DNA of 64,000 bases, taken from assembly GCA_010909165.1 (NCBI GenBank), contig VJWM01000068.1, positions 1,178,001 to 1,242,000 of the forward strand, in the 5' to 3' direction. The notes under the pieces were generated by a model, which worked only from the letters and a program-made list of their open reading frames with translations, made no database searches and had not been told where the DNA came from. Source of the stretch: Anthoceros angustus (taxonomy: Eukaryota > Plantae > Anthocerotophyta). The position numbers were made by a program, and so were the translations under genes. This document shows, one piece after another, positions 23,301-35,100 of this stretch (position 1 is the stretch's first letter; the number at the start of each line of letters is the position of its first letter).

Positions 23301-26300
23301 CAAACTCGGTGCCCATAGCTCCCTCCACGCTGACCAAACCATCCAACCTTGGTGTCGCCGACAACCACCTCGGTGTCTCTGCAGCGTGTGCCTTGACCCG
23401 CATGGACCGCAATCATCGAGGTGCACCCTCCTCACTGATTCTCCACCCATGATAGGAGCCCTCCTCCGATCTCCACCCACTCATGGGCCATGTCCGATTA
23501 GACGAAATCCCTACAAGATACCACACAAACCGGAGAAAAATGGCTGTTGCTCAAGAAGAGGTAGTAGTCACAAATGAGAGAGATGCCTCACAATTGAGCC
23601 CTCCGTGGGAGGCGATGAATGACAATTGGTGGTGCCGCTGCCACCTATGACGTACTGCATTGTCCGTCTCACCATTTGTATGAGTGGCCTGCTCCGTGCA
23701 GGGCAAATCCCTCTGCTGGAACCCGATCAGGGCCATGTTTTGACCCCAATCCCGACGTCACGCCCCACCTTAACCCCTTCTCCACTTGTCTTCGCTAGTT
23801 TCTCTTCCACAGGCGCTCATCGTCCAGCACACAACACGCTCCTGCAGTCCCTGCGGCCCCGCAGACTAAGTCAGAACATTCATGGTTAGAACCGCCCCGT
23901 TGCACGTACTCCCCGCCATCTGTCATGGGCACGATTCGAAAAGCCACGGCACCGCACATTTCCACGCCCGGCTTCGTGTCAAATCTGCGGCGGTGCTCGC
24001 GCTCCTCCCTATCCGTTTGTTTGCCCGTCGCCTAAGGCTATCGCGTTCCTCCTATCGCGTTCCTCCCTATCCGTTTGTTTTGCCCGTCGCACTGGGTGCA
24101 TCTTTTCATCGACATCAAGCATTGCACCATCCTTTTCCCTCCTCAGGGCCCGGCGCCCGCAAATGTGTTCGCATGTAGCGATCGGACAAAGGCCGCCATG
24201 CGGCCGAGCGGTGCATCGGCAAATAACGCCCGGCGTGGGTACTTTCACGTTTTGGCGGGGGCGTTGCGTCACCATCAACCCTATGCCGACTACAAATCGC
24301 TCGCCATGGCCGTGGTGATGGCAATACTGGTTTGGGTGCCTCCTTGACCAAGGCCGCGAAGCGATTATATAATCCGGTAACTACTAGTTTAGGTATATCC
24401 ACTCCTTGTGATTTTCCTTGACCACTCATCACACCGCTTGACAACTCGAGTCGTCCTCTTGCATGCGCGATGCCTTACATTCGATTGCACATGCCTTTGC
24501 GCGCCATGGCGAACTTCGTTGTCACTGCGTTCTCGGACACGTGGCGCTATCCCAATGGTAACCGTTTCCCATAAGAAGGATGCATCGACCCCTCTTTTCC
24601 AAGCATTCGCATCTCTCTTGCGATTTAGTTCCAGCCGGAGGTGTGGAATTTGCACGTCTTCTCGAACGCATGCTCCCAATTGGCTGCCAGTCGAGTTTGG
24701 GAGTTTGCTTGTTGCCACTTTGTTGTCACTTGTTGGCCACCACAACTTAAATTCGTTTTGGCTTGTAATGTGTAGGGTCGGGTTGCGATTGAGAGGACCA
24801 TGGCTCACGTAATTGGGGCCAACATCCTGGATACCCTCCACATTACGAGAACGACCAGCATGAGTTTACAGCCCTCGATGTGCCGGGCTCCCTCTCGCAC
24901 CCCTTTCTCTGGCGCTGATGGCTCTCACATTGCAAGCACCGCGATAAGCAGCGTGTGAGGCGGAGTTGGAGTTGTTTGAAAGGCGGACAAGTGTGTCCGA
25001 GGGTGAGGCTGGCCCATGGGGTTGTGGATTTCAAGGCATACCGACTTCTCACGGCGGGAAAAGCCTTGGGCATCGAAGGCGGATGGAAGCGTGGGCGATG
25101 GCATTCACACGCCATCTGTGTCATGGGCACGATTCAAAAGCCACGGCAAATTTCCACGCCCAGCTTCATTGCGACATCCGCGGCTCATCGCCTCCCTATC
25201 CGCTTTGTTTGCCCGTCGCAAGGCTATCGCGTCTTCCCTATCGCCTCCCTATCCGCTTTGTTTTGCCCGCACCATGGGTGCATGCCGCACTCACTATCGA
25301 CATCAAGCATTGCACCATCCTTTTCCCTCCTCACGACCGATCGCCGCAAATGTGTTCGCACATGTGATGATCCGGACAAAGGCCGCCATAGGCCCGAGCC
25401 GTGGTGCATCGGCAAATAACGCCTTGGTGGGTACTTTCACGTTTTGGGGGGGCGTTGCGTCACCATCAACCCTATGCCGACTACAAATCGCCACGCGACG
25501 TGGTGATGGCAATCGTATTTTGACCGCTTTGGGTGCCTCCTGACCAAGGCACGAAACGATTATATAATCCCAGTGTGAACTACTTAGTTTAGGTATATCC
25601 ACCCCTTGTGATTTTCCTTGACCACTCATCACACCGCTTGACAACTCGAGTCGTCCTCTTGCATGCGCGATGCCTTCGATTGCACATGCCTTTGCGCACG
25701 CCATGGCGAACTCGTTGTCACGCCGCGTTCTCGGACACGTGGCGCTATCCCAATGGTAACCCGTTTCCCATAAGAAGGATGCATCGACCCCTCTTTTCCA
25801 AGCATTCACTTTATCTGCGCGATTTCAGGTTCCGGCGGAGGTGTGGAATTTTTGGGCGTCTTCTCGAACGCATGCTCCCAATTGGCTGCCAGTCGAGTTT
25901 GGGAGTTTGCTTGTTGCCACTTTGTTGTCACTTGTTGGCCACCACAACTTAAATTCGTTTTGGCTTGTAATGTGTAGGGTCGGGTTGCGATTGAGAGGAC
26001 CATGGCTCACGTAATTGGGGCCAACATCCTGGATACCCTCCACATTACGAGAACGACCAGCATGAGTTTACAGCCCTCGATGTGCCGGGCTCCCTCTCGC
26101 ACCCCTTTCTCTGGCGCTGATGGCTCTCACATTGCAAGCACCGCGATAAGCAGCGTGTGAGGCGGAGTTGGAGTTGTTTGAAAGGCGGACAAGTGTGTCC
26201 GAGGGTGAGGCTGGCCCATGGGGTTGTGGATTTCAAGGCATACCGACTTCTCACGGCGGGGAAAAGCCTTGGGCATCGAAGAGACCGGATAGGCGTGTGA

Positions 26301-27600
26301 AGGGCGATGGCATTCACACGCCATCCGCTGTCATGGGCACGATTCAAAGCCACGTCGCATTTCCACGCCCGCCCGCCTTCATTGCGATGGCAGCGCTCAT
26401 CGCGCCTCTCCCTATCCGCTTGTTTGCCCGCGGCAAGGCTATCGCGTTCTTCCCTATCGCGTTCCTCCTATCCGCTTGTTTTGCCCGTCGCACCATGGTG
26501 CATGCCGCACTCACCTATCGACATCAAGCATTGCACCATCCCTTTTCCCTCCTTCCAGACTGACTGCCCGCAAATGTGTTCGCACATGTGACAGATCTGG
26601 ACAAAGGCCGGCTGTGGTGCATCGGCAAATACGCCGGCGTGGGTACTTTCACGTTTTGGCAGGGGGGCCGTTGCGTCACCATCAACCCTATGCCGACTAC
26701 AAATCGCTACGCCATGACAGTGGTGATGGCAATCGTACTTTGACCGTTTGGGTGCCTCCTTGACCAAGGCACGAAACGCGATTATATAATCCCAGCTGTG
26801 AACTACTTAGTTTAGGTATATCCACTCCTTGTGATTTTCCTGGACCACACATCACACCGCTTGACAACTCGAGGCCCCTCTTGCATGCGCGATGCCTTCG
26901 CTCCATTTGCACATGCCTTTGCGCACGCCATGGCGAACTCGTTGTCGCTCGCGTTCTCGGACACGTGGCGCTATCCCAATGGTAACCCGTTTCCCATAAG
27001 AAGGATGCATCGACCCCTCTTTTCCAAGCATTCACCGCCTGAATTTCACGACCGTGCTCCCAATTGGCTGCCTGTGTCCGAGTTTGGGAGTTTGCTTGTT
27101 GCCACTTTGTTGTCACTTGTTGCGCCACCACAACTTAAATTCGTTTTGGCTTGTAATGTGTAGGGTCGGGTTGCGATGTGAGGACCATGGCTCACGAATT
27201 GGGGCCAACATCCTGGATACCCTCCACATTACGAGAACGACCAGCATGAGTTTACAGCCCTCATCGACAGGCCGGGCTCCCTCTCGCACCCCTTTCTCTG
27301 GCGCCTGATGGCTCTGTTCAACAAGCACCGCGATAAGCTTGAGCGTGTGAAGACGGAGTCGGAAATGTTTGAAAGGCAGACAAGTGTGTCCGAGGGTGAG
27401 GCTGGCCCATGGGGGGTTGTGGATTTCAAGGCATACCAGCTTCTCCTGGCCGAACTGGAAAAAGCCTTGGGCATCGAAGAGACCGGATAGAGCGTGTGAA
27501 GGACGATGGCATTCACACACGCCGCAAGCGAGGACCGTGACCGCCTTGGATTCGTGTAGAGCATTAGTGCCGTATGTGCCCATGGACATAGACAAGCGGT
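20327..27600 (-). pseudogene. Second ORF region of the inner CACTA (TnpA-position hypothetical protein), fragmented and tandemly duplicated
   Basis: Minus-strand coding-like fragments (e.g. 20327-20899, 21044-21571) downstream of TnpD. Blocks are repeated at offsets of ~1.9 kb (x2) and ~1.2 kb (x3). No recognisable domain; assignment is positional. Confidence 0.5.
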
Positions 27601-27703
27601 TTAGGTAGGGGTTTGCATGTGGTATGATGCCATGTTTTGTTTTTTAATGGTCGAACATGAGCCGTATGTTGGCGTGTATGGGCCGGAGGTTAAAATGCAC
27701 CCC

Positions 27704-30700
27704 TGTGGTGACCACATGGGTACTCGGACCCCCTCGGAAAGGAGTGTTTTTTTGGTTTTGTGTTTAAGTTGCGAGAATCGTGTGGAGTTGGAATGTGAAG
27801 TAGGTTAGGAATAAAGAAAAGTCTACTAGAGCCTAGTAGGAGGAAGAGAGTCTAGTCCCGATCCCGGATGTAACCCTGAGGGTTGGTCGCTCGACCGTTG
27901 CTAACGCGTTGCTAGGGCCGTTGCTAACGCGTTGCTATGACCACAACCGACGGAGCCTGCTATGGTAGCAACCAAGTTGGAGTTTCTTTCGATGACTTCG
28001 GAAAATCCAATCGATGGAATCACAAGGAATACCCAAACGGAAGTAACGGGGTCCTATTGGCAATTAAGTCCGATGGCGGAAGAGTATTTGCATCGAATCC
28101 AGCGATCAAGACGGCGCTACCGGAATTCGAGCGATCGGGTGGAGGCCGGAGCGAACGCCGGACGGATGCAAGGCGAGGTGTCGCAATGATCGTGAAGCCG
28201 CCAGCAACGAGCGCCACAGAGACCAAACCGGTTTATGGATTGAGAGGGGGTCATGGAGGAAGGAGCGCAAACCGGAGGCAGACCCCAGCGAGGCGCGAAT
28301 GAAGGTTCAGGAGAACGCCCAAAGTGCGCGGCGGCTGGGCAATGGGAGGTGGCAGTCAGCGGCCAGAAATCGCCCCACGCGAGTGGGGAGTAATCGGGCC
28401 GCAACTCCCGGAGAAGGCTAGGGCGGCTCGGTGTGGCGATCGTGCCGCAGAAGCTAACAAGAGCAGGCAAGCCTGAGGCTGTGAAGGGGCCGTGGAACCG
28501 CCCGCAGAAAAGAGAAGTGTGCAACGGGCAGCCGAATCGGAGGCACGCACTGGGAGGTCGCGGGGCAAGACAAAGCGCACTAGGGGTCGCCGCTAACTGC
28601 GGGTTGCAGGATACACCTCCAAGCCTCATACAACCGAGGTAGGCCGATGGGCCAGCCGATCGCCCGAGCCGAGGCGTGAGGTGTATTGGCGGTCGGGGTT
28701 TCACCCAGAGGAGCCGGGTGTCAAGCTCAAGAAACGAAGCATAGATTGCAGAAGCCGGGACATTTTGCTCCTGTAAGCTCTAAGCACATAGGACAGGAGC
28801 ATGGCACCTAAGAAGAACCTCCCGCCATTGAGGCCATTACGATCGCCCAATGGCCCAATATGGGGCAATCGGAGAGTGAAGGCGGGTCTTTAGTGGCTAA
28901 GCATCACCGTCCTTCATGGACAAAAAGTGGTGCTACAATAGCCCCTCGTTGGTTTTGGAGTGCAGAGCATGAGGGAGAAGGCCATTGGGGAAGGCAACGT
29001 GAGGACCAACCCCGCACTGGAATATTCTGCTCCGGCCGTTTATGAGAGACCAAGAGGAATGTGGATAATCATTGACCCTTTCAGAAACCATCTCCTCAAA
29101 AGTCGCAGGAGGCACAAGCCATTGCTCCCACATTGTCTAGAGTGGAGAATGGTCACCAACAAGCTAGACCTCGAGCCGGGCCGGATTAGCCAGTGATCCC
29201 GTGGCTCTCACACTAAGCCGGAGCACATTGTCGACCATTTCCTTGTCTTTCTCTATGAGGTGGTGAGAGGGTCCAAGATAGATTGGGCCAGGATGTTCTA
29301 TGACACAACAGTGTGAGAGGGACCACTTGACCCTACCATCACCTAGCCCCTCACCTCTATCTCCTTCTTAATCCACGTTTTGACCATGCCAAGTTGTCGG
29401 AGGGAATGGAGATGGTCTCACCTTTCATGGAGGCCGTGTTTGAAAGAAGGAAGCCCAAAGAGGAGTCGGAGGAAGAGGCCATCTCGTGGCACCGGGAGTG
29501 AAGATGAGAAGTCCAAGTGTCCATGAAAAGGAATGTGACTGTGGCTAAGGTAGCACCATTAACAACAATAGTTGCTAAGGCCCCAACAGTACCAAGAGGA
29601 GCCGGGGAGCAACGGGACTCCAACACCTAGAGCCACAAGAGCACGACGGGAGCTCACCGGATGTATAAGACAAGGGCAAGGCTGTGGCAGCACCAATATC
29701 CTGGAGCCTGGGCGGGGAAACCACAGTCAACAGGAGGAATCCCAACCTTGGGCACGAGCCGATCCGAGAAAGTCACTACTGCTCAAGGGTGGCTTTCAAG
29801 TATACCCTTGTGACAGGGGAGCCACCGTGGAAGATGATAGGAAGGAGGGAGCCCATTCCCAAGAAGGTTTGGGGGACCTAACATCACCCTGTGAGTTGGT
29901 TTCAGCTATGGCACGCACTGTGGAGATGGAAGATCGATAGCTCGTCCTCCTTGTTAGGTTTACAGCAGAAGGAAGCAACAGGGGAGCTGGAGGAGCTTAA
30001 GATGAAGAAGGAGAAGGAGGTTTTGGAGGGACGCCTAGGGAAGTGGAAATAGGAAGGTCCGAGAAGAGTTGCAGAAGTCTAAGGACCAGAAGCCTCATGG
30101 CTCGCCTCTCCTCACAGAGCACCATAGGAGAGCTGCATGTTATTTCGGATGCACAAGTGCAGCCGAAACCTGGATGCCTCGCCGAGCGCCAAGAAGGAGA
30201 GGGACGAGGCTAGGAAAGGTCGGAAGGAGGCCAAGAGGGCTGTGGATTGCAAGGAGGGCCACCGTGGAAGAGGCGAGGCTCTATGGAAGAATCTGCCGAG
30301 TTAGCAATGAGGAGGTTGCTAAGCAACCGGTTGCTAGGAAGCACCCAGCACTGCTAAGGGAAGCAACAGAATAAGCTCCAAGACCAAAGCTACAACAAGG
30401 AAGAAAGGGGCACAAGACCGTGAGGAGGACAAACAGCTGGGGGAGCGGTAAGCACCGCCTAAGAAGTCTAACTTCCCAATGGTGCATTAGATTGAGGATG
30501 CTTATCAAGATAATCATGTGCCCGGATTCTCCTTGGCCGGAGAGAAGATTGTCACCCCGAAAGTTTATGTTGTTGTGGGCACAGGGGACATGGAGGTACT
30601 TGATCCATGCCTTGACGGCACCGGATCCTACCTATGGGTTGGACTCACGGAGGAGACTCACCGACCCATCCGATTCAAGAGCTCACCGAGGAGGAGTACT

Positions 30701-32084
30701 GTGCTGCGCGGCGAGCACAAGAGAGGAGGAGTCCAGCTGAGGAGGTGGAGATTTTGTGGGAGAGATTGCCCAACCAGCCAAGAGGAGGAAGAGCAAGAGG
30801 AGAACATGGGCTAGGCGGCCTAGGAGGCCTGTGAGGGATAATAGGGTAAGTGGCCCCAAATAGCTGAAGGCCCATGTGTTATAGATCGAATCTTCCTCAT
30901 AGTGGATAGAATTAAGAGATAGGCCTCTAGGATTGGTAGGCTAAGACCGATTGGTATTTTGGCAAGTAGCCAAGCTACTTTTGTAATGATCTTGGGTATA
31001 AGAGGCACTCTGATGAAATGCAAGCAATGTTGGCCTAAAGTCTCGGTGTTTGAGCACGGGGTTTGCATCCAAAGGTCGTGAGTCTAGGCAATCGCTCTCC
31101 GTCTGGAGGAGCCGAGAAGACTACTGTTGCCCAGATCCGTGTGACCGATCCGCAAGAGTGGTGGAAAGCAAGGGAGGAGCCTGGTCTCCTTGGAGGAGTT
31201 CCCAAGGTCAAGAGGAAGGGGTTGTGAAGCCGGGAGGCTGTCCATTCCTTACTCATTCCCTTCAGCTTGTCTAGTACTCACCTTGTGTTTGAGTTTTCGT
31301 GGTGTGAGGTCATGTGGGAAAAGGAGACAAGGCGGGAGCCTGTGGGTGGAAGAGAAGGTCAAGTGAGACAACCGTGGGTTTGTATGTTTTGGAAAATGAA
31401 AAGTGAACTGTGAGAGGAGTGGAAAATGCCATGGAGAGTTGTTGGGTGGAGAGAAGTAAGAGGGATTGGAGAAGACTGTAAGTGATGTTTCTGAGAAAGT
31501 GGAGATTGAATGAGGCCGTGAGGTGTGAGAACAAGGAGGAAGGGGTTGCAGAGGAAACTTGGGGAGTATGGAGAGAGGCAAGAGGTACCTGAGCCGTGAG
31601 AGCTGGGAGGAGTATGAAGCTTGGGGAGGAAAGCTGAAAGGTTGAGGGAAGAAAGAGAGATCCGGGGAAGTGCAGTGAGTAAGGAGGTGGGGTGTGATCG
31701 GTAACTGATTGGTGGATCGACTTTGTGGAAGGATAAGAGAGAGGGTGTCCAATCTTATCCACTTGGATCAAGTGGGCCCCACCTTCTATTAATAGCCGCC
31801 CGAACCCAGATGGGCCCCGCTAAATAGAGGGTGGTTGCTAAGATAGCAACTGGCCTCGCTGCTAAGGTAGCAACAGGTCGTAAGATAGCAGTGTCCGAGT
31901 GTTGTTAGGATAGTAGTGGTCTCAGAATCGCTAGATGTTTTGTATGTCCGTGTTTGGTTGGATTGGCTATGTTTTGGTTGTCTTGACACGAAATCACTCC
32001 TTGGGTACGAATCTCAAGTCTACAACGATAAAGAGGGTAAATGTGGCCTCTTTGTGACCACTTGGTTTAGAAAATCACTCCACA
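27704..32084 (+). repeat. 5' LTR, 4381 bp
   Basis: Starts TGTGGTGACCACATGGG and ends AAAATCACTCCACA, directly before the PBS. Confidence 0.92.
28801..30834 (+). pseudogene. Accessory ORF remnant inside the 5' LTR (also in the 3' LTR from 40789)
   Basis: Starts MAPKKN; fragments include GSKIDWARMFYDT, coiled-coil/charged stretches, RRPRGLWIARR and a TWRYLIHALTAPDP...GLGGLGGL end. Frame-broken in both LTRs. Confidence 0.6.
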
Positions 32085-32087
32085 TTT

Positions 32088-32101
32088 TGGCGCTGTCGGG
32101 A
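32088..32101 (+). promoter_or_regulatory. Primer binding site of the gypsy element
   Basis: TGGCGCTGTCGGGA 3 nt after the LTR end; resembles the TGGCGCCGTTGCCGGGGA (tRNA-Asp-type) PBS of Athila-like elements. Confidence 0.7.
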
Positions 32102-32174
32102 GTGTCATTGTTGTCAAGACCTTAGAGTAGACTAACCTTGTCTAGTAGTGTATTGGGAGTCTTGAGTGTGATAC

Positions 32175-35100
32175 ATGGATGCTACCCATTGAGTCCGAAA
32201 GTTCCGACTCAGTGAAGAGAAGACTCAAAGAAGAAGACAACGCTGCCGTGGAGCGAGGGCGAAGGGCCGCAGACCGAGAGAGCCGAGGAGAGCAGCAGTA
32301 ACGCACTGGGAGGAGCCAAGAAGCAACAGTGCCTAGGACGATGACCATCCTTGTCTTCCGACCTCCGTCTTGAACTTGTGCACCGTGAACTCAAGAACTT
32401 TTGGAAGGCGTATGCTACAGAGATCCTGTTAGACCAACAATCGCGTTGCCGGATAGTGACGACCGCCATGGCGACTTCCTTCCTTTTGCAATAACTACTA
32501 AGCCATACCCACCGTGGAGAGAAGAAGGGTATGAAGATCCGACGAGTTTGTTGAACGCTTTGAGCAACTAACCATTGCAAATCGTGAACTGGGATCTCAG
32601 CGATTCACTCTTCTACGGAGTTCTTCGGAGGGCCAAGTGGTACAAGAGGAGTACCTCAAGGCATCAAGACCCCAAAGAACCTTCAACGAATCAAGAAAGC
32701 CTTTTGTGAGAGGTTCAGGGAATAGATGTAGAAGGCTACGTGTTGTCAAAGTTGGAGTTTTGAGGAGAAGAAGGAAGGAGACCTTGCAAGCTTATGTTGA
32801 GAGGTTTCTTAACTTGCGTGATCGTAGTGGTCCTCACTTCTGTGCCATTCGGTGGTTGCTAAGGGGTTAGATCCCGAGATGGGCCGACATGTGAGGTCAA
32901 GCGGAGAAGACGAGACAAGGCCATCAAGGCGGCACTCAACTACGAAGAATCCAACTCCTTGGACAAGAAGAAGCACAAGAAGGAAAAGAGCAAGAAGAAG
33001 AAGTCCAAGCGAGGGAAGAAGGACAAGGGATCTTCGTCGTCGGAGGAGGAAACTCTTGAGGAGAGTGACTCCTCAAGACTGAGACGGAGGACTCTTCCTG
33101 AGGATGGCAGACGGAGGAAGAATCCAAGACGAGAGACGCAGGAAGAAGAAGAAGGTTGCCGTAAGAAGAAACCGGCTCGAGGATCAAGGGAGCTGGCGGG
33201 CTAAACAAGAGGTCGCTAGTGCTAAGAAGGAAGTGGAACAAGTCAAGAGGAGGCTGAAGTCACAAGAAGGTGCAACAAAGAAGAAATGAAGATGGAGGAA
33301 ATGATGAGCAAATTCGAGAAGTTTCACCTCAACTGTGAAGGAGCATGAGAAGAGGAGAGCGCATCCAAAGGCTCGGGCTAACTGCTTTTGTTCCACTTGT
33401 GGCCAGCCAGCCACACCAAGTCCAACTGCCATGTGGCCAAGGTGCACATGCTCGCCACGAGGAGGAGGAAGAGGATCGCGGAGGATACCTACCGATCCGT
33501 GGAGGTTTCCTGGACAAGATTCCCAAGACCGCCCATCCGCCGATCTGCGAAATTCCATGGGGCCGGCATTCAGAATAACTAAGTGCCTGTGGTTGCTAAC
33601 CAAGCAACGGTGTGGTTCGCTACAACAGGGGCTTTGGTCATTATGCAAATAGTCGCTCATCGCAAGACAGCCAATGGTGACTACGAACTACCGTGCCAAG
33701 ACGCAAACAACAGGGTCATGTGGCGGGAGTGTCACTTGCCCAAACCGAGGAAGCTTTCAATTGCTCAACCACCGCGGTGAGTTCGCAAGCATCAAGCGCC
33801 ATGCACGTGGAGGATGCCCTTATGGTCGCTTTGGGAGGATGCGGAAGCCATGGTGTTGCGGGAGCTAGATGGACTGGGGTGGAGGAGACTACTACGGAGA
33901 GGTCGCAGCCATGGTCAGGCGCACTAGGAGTGAAAAGCTAGGAGGAAGTCGGAAGAAGAAAGAGACGGAGGTGGAATCACCACAAAGTCAAGAGAGCACT
34001 CCAAGCCCGGAGGGAACGGATCTAGAGGAGAGCACAGCAGTAACGACCTGAGGAGCCAAGAAGCAAGCAACAGTCTAGGACGATGACCATCCTTGTCTTC
34101 GACCTCCGGTCAACTTGTGCAACCGTGAACTCAAGAACTTTTGACAGGGCGTTGCTATGTAGATCCTGTTAGACCAACAATCGCGTCCGGGATAGTGACG
34201 ATCATGGCGACTTCCGGGCCTTTTGCAATAACTACTGCAGCCATACCCACCGTGATGGAGAGAAGAAGGTATGAAGATCCGACGAGTTTGTTGAACGCTT
34301 TGAGCAACTAACCATTGCAAATCGTGAACTGGGATCTGATTCTCTTCTACGGAGTTCTTCGGGGAGGGCCAAGTGGTACAAGAGGGAGTACCTCAAGGCA
34401 TCAAGACTCAAAGAACCTTCAACGAATCAAGAAAGCCTTTTGTGAGAGGTTCAGGGAATAGATGTAGAAGGCTACGTGTTGTCAAAGTTGGAGTTTTGAG
34501 GAGAAGAAGGAAGGAGACCTTGCAAGCTTATGTTGAGAGGTTTCTTAACTTGCGTGATCGTAGTGGTCCTCACTCGATGCCATTCGGTGGTTTGGGGTTA
34601 GATCCCGAGATGGGCCGACATGATAAGCGGAGAAAGACGAGACAAGGCCATCAAGGCGGCACTCAACTAAGAATCCAACTCCTGGACAAGAAGAAGCACA
34701 AGAAGGAAAAGAGCAAGAAGAAGAAGTCCAAGCGAGGAAGAAGGACAAGGGATCTTCGTCGGAGGAGGAAACTTGAGGAGAGTGACTCCTCTCAAGACTG
34801 ACGGAGGACTCTTCCTGAGGATGGCAGACGGAGGAAGAATCAAGACGAGACGCAGGAAGAAGAAGGTTCGCTGAAGAAGAAACCAGAGGCTCGAGGATCA
34901 AGGGAGCTGGCTGGCTAAACAAGAGGTCGCTAGTGCTAAGAAGGAAGTGGAACAAGTCAAGAGGGAGGCTGAAGTCACAAGAAGGTGCAACAAAGAAGAA
35001 ATGAAGATGGAGGAAATGATGAGCAAATTCGAGAAGTTTCACCTCAACGTGAAGGAGCATGAGAAGAGGAGAGCCGCATCCAAAGGCTCGGGCTAACTGC

